A stretch of 64,000 nucleotides of DNA, taken from an uncultured bacterium (lineage in GTDB: Bacteria > Krumholzibacteriota > Krumholzibacteriia > JACNKJ01). A model generated the notes under the pieces. The model did no database searches. It saw nothing but the letters and a program-made list of their open reading frames with translations, and was not told where the DNA came from. Positions 20,829-29,498 of this stretch are shown piece after piece (the stretch's first letter is position 1; each line of letters starts with the position of its first letter). The position numbers and the translations under genes were made by a program. The stretch spans positions 1,984,001-2,048,000 of the forward strand of contig CAVOFT010000001.1 in NCBI GenBank assembly GCA_963695095.1, in the 5' to 3' direction.

Positions 20829-22328
20829 TCAAGGTTTCTCCAGTGTGTAAATCCTTACCCCTTGCAGCGTTGCGCAGTCGCTAGGCAGGTAGCCATCCAG
20901 GCTGGCCAGGAGTTGCGACTCGCTCCCCCACTCCCAATCACGCGCACTGACCAGCCGCAACCGCGACGGGGAGCCGAGCCCCTCGAGCCTGCTGGCGATC
21001 TGGGCCGGTCGCATGCCCGGCCACAGCAGGGCGGTCGCCGCCTTACCCCGGTAGTAGTACAGGAAGGGCTCCCCCACCACGGCCACCACGATAGGCAGGG
21101 CCTCCTCCACCGCGCTCAGGCGCTCGGCTGCGCCGCGCACGTCCTCCTTGGCGTAGCCGGGATGCCAGTAGTGCTGGCCGAGCCCAGTGCCCAGGACGCC
21201 GGAAAGCAGTAGTATCGCCGACCACCGCATCCAGCGCCAGCGCAGTTGCCCGAGCCCATGGGCCAGGAGCAGGAGCAGCAGGGGCCAGACCATACTCACG
21301 TAGCGGACGTTGTAAACCTTAAAGTTCTTCAGCGCCAGGAAACTCGCCAATCCGAGGGTGACGGCGATCACCACCGCGAACTCGAGCCGCCGCCCGCGCA
21401 GTGTTGTGAAGCCGACGACCAGCGGCAGGCCGATGGCCAGGCCGGCCAGGGCCAGAGCGGGCAGATGGGCGCCGACGGCGACACCGGCTCCCCGGTGCAG
21501 TTCCTCCAGGCTCGGACCGTAGCTGAAACCCGCCACCAAGCTGAAGATCGTGTAGGGCAGGGCCATCGGCGTGAAGGTCGTCTCGCCGCGCAGGGGTGCT
21601 GCGTCCCAGGCGGGGGCATTCGTGACCAGGCGTTGAGGCGCCATCTGCTCCACGAAACTGATCAGCCAGGGCAGGCAGAGCAGGATCAGGATCCCCGCGG
21701 CCGCCGCAAGCCAGGTCAGCAGCCGCCGGCGGTGCCCCGAGGCTCCGATCAGCAGCGCCAGGCACAAGCCCGCCAGGAAGAGCAGGAAGCTCAGGTTCGC
21801 CAGCGTGCCCAGCCAGGCGGTGAGCACGAGACCCAGGAAGGCGCCCCGCCCCGGCCGGCCGGTCCCGCGCCAACCCTCTGCCGCGAGCAGGCAGGCGGGG
21901 GCGAGCAGGAGCACCAGGCTGTAGTTGCGCAGCTCCTGCCCGTACCAGATGGCGAAGGGACTGATCGCCGCCAGCAGACCCGCCAGGGCCGCCGTTCCTG
22001 CGCCGGAGACGCGTCTCGCCCATGCATGGAGAGGCCAGACGGCCGCCGCGCCGAGCAGCGCCGAGAGCAGGCGCAATGTCTCGCCGGGCAGCAGGGGCGC
22101 AAGCAGGGCGGCCAGCCCGTTGTAGAGCGGGCCGTGCAGGTCGGCAAAGAAGTGGCCGGCATCCACTGTGCGCAGGTGGTGCACCGCCTTCAGGGTGTAG
22201 AGCTCGTCCACCCAGAAGCCCCAGGCAGTGAGGTGGTAGACGCGCAGGATCAAAGCCAGCAGCACCAGCCCGGCGGGGAGCCAGGGGCCGTGCAGCCAGG
22301 CCGACGGGGTACGAGCTGGGCTGTGCAA
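20829..22328 (-). CDS. GT-C fold membrane glycosyltransferase (GT39/ArnT/PMT-like)
   Basis: WVDE motif after the first TM helix, LHGPLY, SPFAIWYGQELRNY, many TM segments. Start codon uncertain (TTG at 22328). Confidence 0.82.
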   Translation of the reverse strand: MHSPARTPSAWLHGPWLPAGLVLLALILRVYHLTAWGFWVDELYTLKAVHHLRTVDAGHFFADLHGPLYNGLAALLAPLLPGETLRLLSALLGAAAVWPLHAWARRVSGAGTAALAGLLAAISPFAIWYGQELRNYSLVLLLAPACLLAAEGWRGTGRPGRGAFLGLVLTAWLGTLANLSFLLFLAGLCLALLIGASGHRRRLLTWLAAAAGILILLCLPWLISFVEQMAPQRLVTNAPAWDAAPLRGETTFTPMALPYTIFSLVAGFSYGPSLEELHRGAGVAVGAHLPALALAGLAIGLPLVVGFTTLRGRRLEFAVVIAVTLGLASFLALKNFKVYNVRYVSMVWPLLLLLLAHGLGQLRWRWMRWSAILLLSGVLGTGLGQHYWHPGYAKEDVRGAAERLSAVEEALPIVVAVVGEPFLYYYRGKAATALLWPGMRPAQIASRLEGLGSPSRLRLVSARDWEWGSESQLLASLDGYLPSDCATLQGVRIYTLEKP

Positions 22329-22330
22329 GG

Positions 22331-23062
22331 CTAGTAAGCGCCTCGCCGGGCGATGATGGCCGGCAGGGTGCGCAGCAGGATCTTGGCATCGAAGAGGAAG
22401 CTGCGCAGCTTGACGTACTCCATGTCCAGCCGCATCCACTCCTCGAAACCGATGCTGCTGCGGCCGGAAACCTGCCAGAGACAGGTGATGCCGGGCGTCA
22501 CCTCCAGGCGCCGGTAATGCCAGGGCTCGTACAGATCGACCTCGCAGGGGATCTGCGGCCGCGGCCCCACCACGCTCATGTCCCCTTTGAAGACATTGAA
22601 GAGCTGCGGCAGCTCATCCAGGCTGCTCCGGCGCAGGAAGCGCCCCAGCGTGGTGATCCGCGGATCGTCACGGATCTTGAACATGGGGCCCTCGGCTTCG
22701 TTGAGGTAGCGGAACTCCTCCTTGAGCGACTCCGCATCGGCGACCATCGAGCGGAACTTGTAGCAGATGAAGTGTCGCCGATTGCGGCCGACACGGATCT
22801 GGCGGAAGAAAAGGGGGCCATTGCTCTCGAGTTTGATCAGGACGGCCAGGGGCACCATGAGCGGCAGGAAGAGCAGGATCCCGCCGGCGCTCAAGCAGAG
22901 GTCCAAGACCCGCTTGCTGACCCGGTAGTGCCAGGGGTCGCGAACCGGAAAGCTGATCAGATCGCCGCCGCGATCTGGGCCGGGCGCCTGGGACTGCACG
23001 GCGACCGGAGCGACGGCCGCATGGGTTTCTGGGGGGCTGAGCAGCGATCCTCTGGAAGCCAT
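22331..23062 (-). CDS. Second priming phosphoglycosyltransferase (Bac_transf family)
   Basis: [44 protein letters not shown]. Alternative start GTG at 23098. Confidence 0.93.
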   Translation of the reverse strand: MASRGSLLSPPETHAAVAPVAVQSQAPGPDRGGDLISFPVRDPWHYRVSKRVLDLCLSAGGILLFLPLMVPLAVLIKLESNGPLFFRQIRVGRNRRHFICYKFRSMVADAESLKEEFRYLNEAEGPMFKIRDDPRITTLGRFLRRSSLDELPQLFNVFKGDMSVVGPRPQIPCEVDLYEPWHYRRLEVTPGITCLWQVSGRSSIGFEEWMRLDMEYVKLRSFLFDAKILLRTLPAIIARRGAY

Positions 23063-23205
23063 TGCTTTCGACCTCGGGTGTCCGACTGGCTGCGACACAG
23101 GGTGGAGTGCCGATGCCGGCGAAGCGGCATTAGGGCAGGCACTCCTGACTACGAGAGCGATAGCAAGCGATCGATAGGGCCTCCAGGGCGTTCAACTCAA
23201 AGCTT

Positions 23206-23235
23206 ATTCTACCAGAGTGCCGCGCCCCCTGTAAA
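23206..23235 (-). promoter_or_regulatory. Sigma-70 promoter of the second priming transferase
   Basis: TTTACA-18 nt-TAGAAT with a TG extension. Confidence 0.65.
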
Positions 23236-23243
23236 GCGGTCCC

Positions 23244-24341
23244 CTAGTAGGCCGCGCGCACGGCGGCACAGACGGCGTCGATCATGGGCTCGCTCATTTC
23301 CGCAAACATGGGCAGGCTGAGGATCTCGGCGGCACCGCGCTCCGCCTCAGGGAACTGCCCGGCGCTCCCCAGGTGCTGGAAGGCCGGCTGACGGTGCACC
23401 GGCTGCGGGTAGTGATAGCCGAAGCCGATCCCTGCCCCCTCCAGCGATGCCGCGATCGCCGCCACGCGCGGACTACGAATTACAAAAAGGTGAAACACGG
23501 GCTCGTGTTCCGGCCGCTCCCAGGGCAGGCTGAGATCCTCCAGACCCTGCAGACGCTCGCGATAAGCCGCGGCCACGGCGCGCCGCCTGGCGTTCCAGTC
23601 GTCGAGGTGACGGAGTTTCACCCGCAGGACTGCCGCCTGCAGGGCGTCCAGCCGGCTGTTCGTGCCCAGGCGCTCGTGGTGGTACTTGCGGGGGCTGCCG
23701 TGATCGCCGATCTCCCGCACCGCCCGCGCGTGTTCGGCGCTGGCCGCCAGGACCGCGCCGCCGTCACCATAGGCGCCCAGGTTCTTGCCCGGGTAGAAGC
23801 TGAAGCCGGCCAAGGGCGCCAACGCGCCGCAGCGACGGCCGTGGTAGCGCGCCCCGTGGGCCTGGGCGGCGTCCTCGATCACGAGGAGTTCATGCCGGGC
23901 CGCCATCGCGAGCAGGGGATCCATGTCCACCGGGTCTCCATAGAGGTGCACGGGCATCAGCGCCCGCGTGCGCGGCGTGATCGCCGCCTCCACCTGCGCG
24001 AGATCCAGGTGGTAGCTGCGTCGCTCCATGTCCACGAGGACGGGACTCGCCCCGGCCAGGGTGATCGCCTCCACCGTCGCCACGAAGGTGTTCGCCGCCG
24101 TGATCACCTCGTCGCCGGGGCCCAGCCCCGCCGCCCGGCAGGCCAGCTGCAGCGCATCGGTGCCGTTCGCCACGCCGACGGCGTGCTCGGCGCCGCAGTA
24201 GGCGGCGAACTCCGTTTCGAAGTCGCGCAGGGCGGCCCCGCCGATGAAGGCGCCGCGCTCCATGATGGCCGTCAGTTCCGGCAACAACTCGGCCTTGATC
24301 GCCTGGTATTGCGCCTTGAGATCCAGAAAAGGCACCGGCAT
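23244..24341 (-). CDS. DegT/DnrJ/EryC1/StrS PLP-dependent sugar aminotransferase
   Basis: MPVPFLDL, NGTDAL, EDAAQAHGA, FSFYPGKNLGAYGDGG, NSRLDALQAA. Confidence 0.95.
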   Translation of the reverse strand: MPVPFLDLKAQYQAIKAELLPELTAIMERGAFIGGAALRDFETEFAAYCGAEHAVGVANGTDALQLACRAAGLGPGDEVITAANTFVATVEAITLAGASPVLVDMERRSYHLDLAQVEAAITPRTRALMPVHLYGDPVDMDPLLAMAARHELLVIEDAAQAHGARYHGRRCGALAPLAGFSFYPGKNLGAYGDGGAVLAASAEHARAVREIGDHGSPRKYHHERLGTNSRLDALQAAVLRVKLRHLDDWNARRRAVAAAYRERLQGLEDLSLPWERPEHEPVFHLFVIRSPRVAAIAASLEGAGIGFGYHYPQPVHRQPAFQHLGSAGQFPEAERGAAEILSLPMFAEMSEPMIDAVCAAVRAAY

Positions 24342-24427
24342 GGTCCCCACTTCCCTTCCGCAGACTGCGACCGCCGCCCGCGCCGGCGGGTCCGCCCCGC
24401 GCCTGCGGCTGTCATCCTCTTCGCGAA

Positions 24428-24443
24428 AGCAGCCGGAGTGCCA
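24428..24443 (-). promoter_or_regulatory. Candidate sigma-54 promoter of the DegT gene
   Basis: TGGCACTCCGGCTGCT: TGGCAC-N5-CTGCT (GG-N10-GC), 87 nt upstream of the ATG. Confidence 0.55.
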
Positions 24444-24470
24444 GCGACGGCGCCGCTGCCCCCTGCCACA

Positions 24471-24499
24471 TTGACGCCCCCGAAGGCGGGTGATAGCGT
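24471..24499 (+). promoter_or_regulatory. Sigma-70 promoter of the GT4-ExeA operon
   Basis: TTGACG-17 nt-TAGCGT with a TG extension, 30 nt upstream of the ATG. Confidence 0.6.
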
Positions 24500-24528
24500 A
24501 GCAATTCTCGCCCGAAAGGAAAGCCCCC

Positions 24529-25716
24529 ATGCTGCGTGTAGCGATGGTCGCCTACACCTACTACGCGTCCGATCCCCGCGTGCGGCGCGAGGCCGAGGCC
24601 CTGGCCGAGCGCGGCGACGCCGTGGAGGTCTATTGCCTGCGCCGGCGCGGGGAGCCGGCCGGCGAGGACTGCCGCGGCGTCCGCGTCCGCCATCTGCCCA
24701 TGGCCCGCTACCGGGGCGGCAATGCGCTCCTGTACATGGGCAGCTATTGCCGCTTCTTCCTGCTCGCCGCCTGGACGCTCGGCTGGCGGCACCTGCGCCG
24801 GCCCTACGCCCTCGTGCACGCCAACAACATGCCGGACTTCATGGCCTTCACCGCCCTCGTGCCGCGGCTCGGCGGCCGCCCCCTCATCCTGGACATCCAC
24901 GATACGATGCCGGAGATCTACCAGGGCAAGTTCGGCGTGGGCGCGCGCCACCCGCTCATCCGCTTGCTGCGCTTCCAGGAGCGCGCCAGCGCTCGCTTTG
25001 CCAGCCGCGTGCTCACCTCCGAGCACACGAAGCGGGAGGCCCTCATCGGGCATGGCCTGCCGGCCGCGAAGATCGAGGTGCTGCTCAACCTGCCGGATCC
25101 CCGGCTCTTCCCGTCCTCGCCGCCGCGCCCCGCCCGCTCCCCCGCCGAGGGCTTCCGGCTCGTCTTTCACGGCACCCTTGCCGAGCGCCTCGGCGTCGAT
25201 CTCGCTCTGCGCGCCGTCGCCCTGCTCGGCGATCGGATTCCGGACCTCCGCCTGGACATCATCGGCGACGGGGATCAGCGGCCCCGTCTGCTCGCCCTCC
25301 GCGACGAGCTGGGCCTGGACGGCCGCGTCCGCTTCAGCGACGGCATGGTCCCCGTCGAGGAGCTGCCGGGCCTGCTCGCCGAAGCCGACCTCGGCGTGAT
25401 CCCCACCCGCGAGGAGATCGGCACCCGCTACATGCTGCCCACGAAGCTCCTCGAATACGCGGCCCTCGGCATACCGACGGTGGTGGCGCCCACCCACACA
25501 ATCCGCTATTACTTTGACGACGCGCAGGTGGCGTTCTTCTCGCCCGGGAGCGCCGACTCCCTGGCCACGGTCATCTACGATCTCTACGCGGACCCCGAGG
25601 CGCGTCGGCGCCTCGCGGCGGGTGCCGCCCGCTTCGCTGAGCGCTTCGCCTGGGAGCGGCACAAGCAGGTCTACACCGACCTGGTGGACGCGCTCTGTGC
25701 CGGTGGGAAGGAGTAA
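24529..25716 (+). CDS. Glycosyltransferase family 4
   Basis: DPRVRREAEAL, HANNMPD, LDIHD, HGTLAERLG, LPTKLLEY. Confidence 0.92.
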   Translation: MLRVAMVAYTYYASDPRVRREAEALAERGDAVEVYCLRRRGEPAGEDCRGVRVRHLPMARYRGGNALLYMGSYCRFFLLAAWTLGWRHLRRPYALVHANNMPDFMAFTALVPRLGGRPLILDIHDTMPEIYQGKFGVGARHPLIRLLRFQERASARFASRVLTSEHTKREALIGHGLPAAKIEVLLNLPDPRLFPSSPPRPARSPAEGFRLVFHGTLAERLGVDLALRAVALLGDRIPDLRLDIIGDGDQRPRLLALRDELGLDGRVRFSDGMVPVEELPGLLAEADLGVIPTREEIGTRYMLPTKLLEYAALGIPTVVAPTHTIRYYFDDAQVAFFSPGSADSLATVIYDLYADPEARRRLAAGAARFAERFAWERHKQVYTDLVDALCAGGKE

Positions 25717-25719
25717 GCC

Positions 25720-27378
25720 ATGTACCTCGAGTTCTTCGGCTTGCGCGAGAAGCCCTTCAACGTCACGCCGGATCCCCATTTCCTCTACATGTCGCCCAGC
25801 CACCAGGAGGCCTTCGCCAACCTCCTCTATGGCGTTCGCGAGCGCAAGGGCTTCATCCTCGTCACGGGCGAGGTGGGCACGGGCAAGACCACCCTGCTGC
25901 ACAGCTTGCTGGCCAGCCTCGACAACGACATTCGCAGCGTCTTCGTCTACCACACCGGCATGGAATTCACGGATCTCCTCGAGACGATCCACCATGAGCT
26001 CGCCATTCCCATGACTGCGGTCACCCGCGCCTCCCTGCTGCAGAGCCTCAGCCGCTATCTCATCGAAGAGCTCGGGGCCGGCCGCAACGTGGCCTTGATC
26101 ATCGACGAGGCCCAGAACCTCACGCCCGAGATCCTGGAGAATCTCCGCCTGCTGTCCAACCTAGAGACGGCCAAGGACAAGCTCCTGCAGATCGTCCTCG
26201 TCGGGCAGCCGGAGCTCGAGGAAAAGATGGCCCTGCCCCAGCTGCGCCAGCTCAAGCAGCGCATCGCCGTGCACGGCATCATCCACGCGCTCAGCCCCAC
26301 CGAAAGCCGCGCCTACCTGCGCCACCGCCTGGCGGTAGCCGGCGCGCCGAACCAGGGCGCCGGCATTTTCAGCGAGGAGGCGATCAGCCATCTGATCCAC
26401 GCCGCCGGCGGCATCCCCCGCCAGCTGAACCTGCTCTGCGACAACGCCCTGCTCATCGCCTATGCCGACGGTTCGCGCGAGGTGCTCAGCGGCCATGCGC
26501 GCGAGGCGATCCGCGATCACGGCGTGGCGACGCCGAGCGCCCGCCGCCGCGTCAGCGAGGGGGCGCCCGCAGCCGTCGCCGCTCCGCCGCCGCCACCGCA
26601 CCGGCTGCGCAGCTGGCGCCTGCCGGTCCTGCTCGCCGCCGCTTTCCTGCTGCTGGCGATGATCTACGCGGGTTACCGCCTCGGCGCCCGCGGCGGCGAG
26701 AGGCCGCCGCGCCCGACGCAGAGCGCCGCCCCCCGCCCCGATCCGGCGGCGCCCGCCGCCCCGGTCGCCGCCCTCGCCGCGACGGACTCCAGCGTCCAGG
26801 CCCCCGGCGGCACGCGTCCCGGCGCCGAACTCATCCCGGCTAGTCCTCCAGTCGCCACGCCCAGCGCTGCAGCCGCGCGCGCCGCCCGCGTGGACAGCAT
26901 GCGCAGCGCGCGCAGTCGGGTCCCGGCCGAGCGAGCGATCGCGCCACCCACCCTGCCGGCTGCCACGCCCGTGCCCGCGCGCATCGAAACGGCCAGCCCC
27001 CCAGCGGCCGAAATCCAGGTTCCCCGCGAGTACGGTGAGCCGGCCCGGCCGAGCGAGGCGCCGGACGAACCCGTCGGGTCGCCGCCCCCGCTTGTCACGC
27101 AGGGCCGCGCCCCCGGACCCGACCTCCTCGGCGAGTTCTGGCGAGCCGGCAATCTCGTCGACCTGCAGGCAGTGCTGGACCGGGCGCCGCGGCGCCCCTA
27201 CACTGTCTTGCCGGGGGACCACTTCATCGCCGTCGTCTATGCAGCCACCGGTCGCCAAGACATGCTCGTCCTCGAACTCATCGAGCGGATGAATCCCCAT
27301 ATCACCGATTTCGACCTGATCCAGCCCGGCTGGGTGCTCTACTTGCCGGATCTCAGCGAGCAGGAACCCGGCCCCTGA
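25720..27378 (+). CDS. ExeA/GspA-family AAA ATPase with TM helix, Pro/Ala linker and C-terminal LysM-like domain
   Basis: MYLEFFGLREKPF, GEVGTGKT, IIDEAQNL, LVGQPEL, GGIPRQLNLLCDNAL; C-terminal YTVLPGD...NPHITDFDLIQPGWVLYLP. Confidence 0.9.
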   Translation: MYLEFFGLREKPFNVTPDPHFLYMSPSHQEAFANLLYGVRERKGFILVTGEVGTGKTTLLHSLLASLDNDIRSVFVYHTGMEFTDLLETIHHELAIPMTAVTRASLLQSLSRYLIEELGAGRNVALIIDEAQNLTPEILENLRLLSNLETAKDKLLQIVLVGQPELEEKMALPQLRQLKQRIAVHGIIHALSPTESRAYLRHRLAVAGAPNQGAGIFSEEAISHLIHAAGGIPRQLNLLCDNALLIAYADGSREVLSGHAREAIRDHGVATPSARRRVSEGAPAAVAAPPPPPHRLRSWRLPVLLAAAFLLLAMIYAGYRLGARGGERPPRPTQSAAPRPDPAAPAAPVAALAATDSSVQAPGGTRPGAELIPASPPVATPSAAAARAARVDSMRSARSRVPAERAIAPPTLPAATPVPARIETASPPAAEIQVPREYGEPARPSEAPDEPVGSPPPLVTQGRAPGPDLLGEFWRAGNLVDLQAVLDRAPRRPYTVLPGDHFIAVVYAATGRQDMLVLELIERMNPHITDFDLIQPGWVLYLPDLSEQEPGP

Positions 27379-27396
27379 GCGGCGAGGTAGCGAGGC

Positions 27397-27852
27397 GTGA
27401 GTAAGACCTTCAAGGCACTCCAGCGCGCTGCCGCCGAGCATGCACGCCGGCAGCGCCCGGATGCGGACGAGGCGCAGCCCGTGCCGGAGGATCCCCCGCC
27501 TCCCTCGGCGGCCATGGCCCGGCTCTATGCCATCACCCATCCCCCGGGCGCGGCGGCCGCGCGGCCCCCGGCGCCGGATGGGAGCCAGGCGCTGCGCAGC
27601 GAAATGGATCCCCAGCTGCGCGAACTGCTGGAGATCAGCTTCCGGCCCGGCTGTCCCGATCTGCAAGTCGGCGCTGATGGCTGGGTACGGGGCCGGCTGG
27701 ATCGCGAGGCTCTGATCGCCCTGCGCCGGCGCCACGCCCTCCTGCACTGCCTGCAAAAGAGCGATCAGGAGAGCTTCTGGTTCTGGGGCTCTGCGCGCGA
27801 GGCAGCCGCCCTGGCGGAGGCCGCCGGCTATCCACTGGACGCGGACACCTGA
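27397..27852 (+). CDS. Hypothetical protein with ExeB/GspB-like N-terminal helix
   Basis: GTG start with GAGG SD directly after ExeA. MSKTFKALQRA resembles the MSxIxxALxKA N-terminus of ExeA partners. Confidence 0.6.
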   Translation: MSKTFKALQRAAAEHARRQRPDADEAQPVPEDPPPPSAAMARLYAITHPPGAAAARPPAPDGSQALRSEMDPQLRELLEISFRPGCPDLQVGADGWVRGRLDREALIALRRRHALLHCLQKSDQESFWFWGSAREAAALAEAAGYPLDADT

Positions 27853-27883
27853 TCACCGCGTGTTCCCTCGGCAGCCGCGCGGT

Positions 27884-28732
27884 TCAGGGGGCGCCGGCCG
27901 GCGGCAGCGGGCTCCCCGGGCGATAGGCGCTGAGCTCCGAGGTGAAGGCGCCCACCGGCGCGCGCGCCTTGAGCTTCACCGGCAGGCGCCGTGCATCATC
28001 GCTGAGGTAGATGAGCATCCGCCCCTCGGACTTGAAGAGGCCTTGACTCTGCAGGGTCGGCTCCAGCACGAGACAGTTGAAGCTGCCCAGCGCCGTCTCC
28101 ACGCGTTCGCGCCCGGTGACGCTCACGCGCAGGGGGTAGCTCTTCTTCCCGTCATGGACAGGAATGTGCAGCACCATTCCCTCGCTGAGGGCGAAGGCGC
28201 GAATGTAGAAAAGTGCGCTCAAGATATCCTGACTGCCCGGCATCAAGGCCGCCTCGCTGCCGTCGGCGTAGCGGGCGATGCCCTCCTCGTGCAGGTACTC
28301 CGCCTGGAAGTCTGCCTTGTAGTCGCCCTCACGCAGCTGCTTGGCGAAGCGCAGGCTGTGGAGGCGCTCCAGATCGAGCAGGGAGCTGATCTCGTCCCGC
28401 ACCTTGTAGACGGCATCGATCCACTGCGCCGAACGCGCGCGCGAGACCAGGCCGAGCGCGGGTCGGCCGCGGTGCACTTCCACGCCGCGCGTCTCCAGGC
28501 GGGCGCGCCCGACGCTCACCACCCCGTACTGAAGCTCGAAATCGAAGACCTCGCCGCTGCCGAACGGTAGCGCGCCCGGCTGCAGCATTCCTTCGCTGCC
28601 ATCGGGGTACTGCACCCGGCAGGCGCCCGGCGCCAGGGAATCCGCCGGCGCCTGCGCCCAGCCCGGCCCGGCCAGAGACGCCGCGATGGCGACCGCGAGC
28701 AGGCAGCACCGGACGCCAAGGGGATCATTCAC
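27884..28732 (-). CDS. DUF3108 family exported protein
   Basis: Signal peptide; GEVFDFELQYG, YKVRDEI, QDILSALFYIR, DDARRLPVKL. Confidence 0.8.
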   Translation of the reverse strand: MNDPLGVRCCLLAVAIAASLAGPGWAQAPADSLAPGACRVQYPDGSEGMLQPGALPFGSGEVFDFELQYGVVSVGRARLETRGVEVHRGRPALGLVSRARSAQWIDAVYKVRDEISSLLDLERLHSLRFAKQLREGDYKADFQAEYLHEEGIARYADGSEAALMPGSQDILSALFYIRAFALSEGMVLHIPVHDGKKSYPLRVSVTGRERVETALGSFNCLVLEPTLQSQGLFKSEGRMLIYLSDDARRLPVKLKARAPVGAFTSELSAYRPGSPLPPAGAP

Positions 28733-29498
28733 CGTTCTCCTCGCCGGCAATGACGCCGCGCTCGATGCCCCAGTGCAGGGCGTGCTTCAGTCCCACCTGC
28801 AGAGCCGACAGCGCGCAGAGCAGGAGACCGTGCGGGCCGTCTCGCCAGCCCTGCTGCCAGACCGCCATCCGCAGAAAGCGGGCCGGCGGCCGCAACAGCA
28901 CGCGGTCCAGGCCCGCCCGCTTGCCCTCGCGCGCGAGCTGGCGCGCCCCGGCGCGCGCATAGCGCAGCATGCGCTCGAGGTAGTCGTCAATGTCCCGATA
29001 GCTCTCGTGTTCCAGCGCCGCCTCCAAACGGCCGTAGCCGGCGTCACAGTGCAGCTCTTCGTGGACAAGCGCCTCCCGGTAGCGGCCCGCGTCCCGCTCG
29101 AGCAGGCGCAGGACCCCGTCGCGGTCCCAGCCGGCGTGCCGGATCTCGCGGCCGAGGAAGCGGCTGCGGCGCGGGATCCAGTAGGCCTGAGCGGCAGGCG
29201 CCGCCAAGGTGGCGTCGATCTCCCGGCGCAGGGCCTCCCCGACGCGCTCGTCCGCATCCAGAATCAGCACCCAGCCCGGCGCCAGCTGCCCCAGGCCCCA
29301 GTTCTTCTGATCCGCCGGCGAGCGGTAGGGCCGCTGCCGGAACTCCGCGCCCGCGGCCCGGGCGATGCGCTCCGTGCCGTCCGTGGAATGGGAATCGACG
29401 ACCAGGATGCGCTCGGCCCAACCCGCCACCGAAGCCAGACAGGCGGGCAGGTTGCGCTCCTCGTTCCAGGTCGTGATCAGTACTTGCGGCCCGGTCAC
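28725..29498 (-). CDS. Glycosyltransferase family 2 (WaaE/KdtX-like LPS core glucosyltransferase)
   Basis: TWNEERNL, VDSHSTDGT, QKNWG, LDADER, VHE. Confidence 0.9.
   Translation of the reverse strand: MTGPQVLITTWNEERNLPACLASVAGWAERILVVDSHSTDGTERIARAAGAEFRQRPYRSPADQKNWGLGQLAPGWVLILDADERVGEALRREIDATLAAPAAQAYWIPRRSRFLGREIRHAGWDRDGVLRLLERDAGRYREALVHEELHCDAGYGRLEAALEHESYRDIDDYLERMLRYARAGARQLAREGKRAGLDRVLLRPPARFLRMAVWQQGWRDGPHGLLLCALSALQVGLKHALHWGIERGVIAGEENGE

Noticed and set aside
20846..20858. TGTAAATCCTTAC dyad as an enhancer for the wza sigma-54 promoter
   Set aside because: Only about 30 nt from the -24 box and inside a coding 3' end; too close and too short to support.
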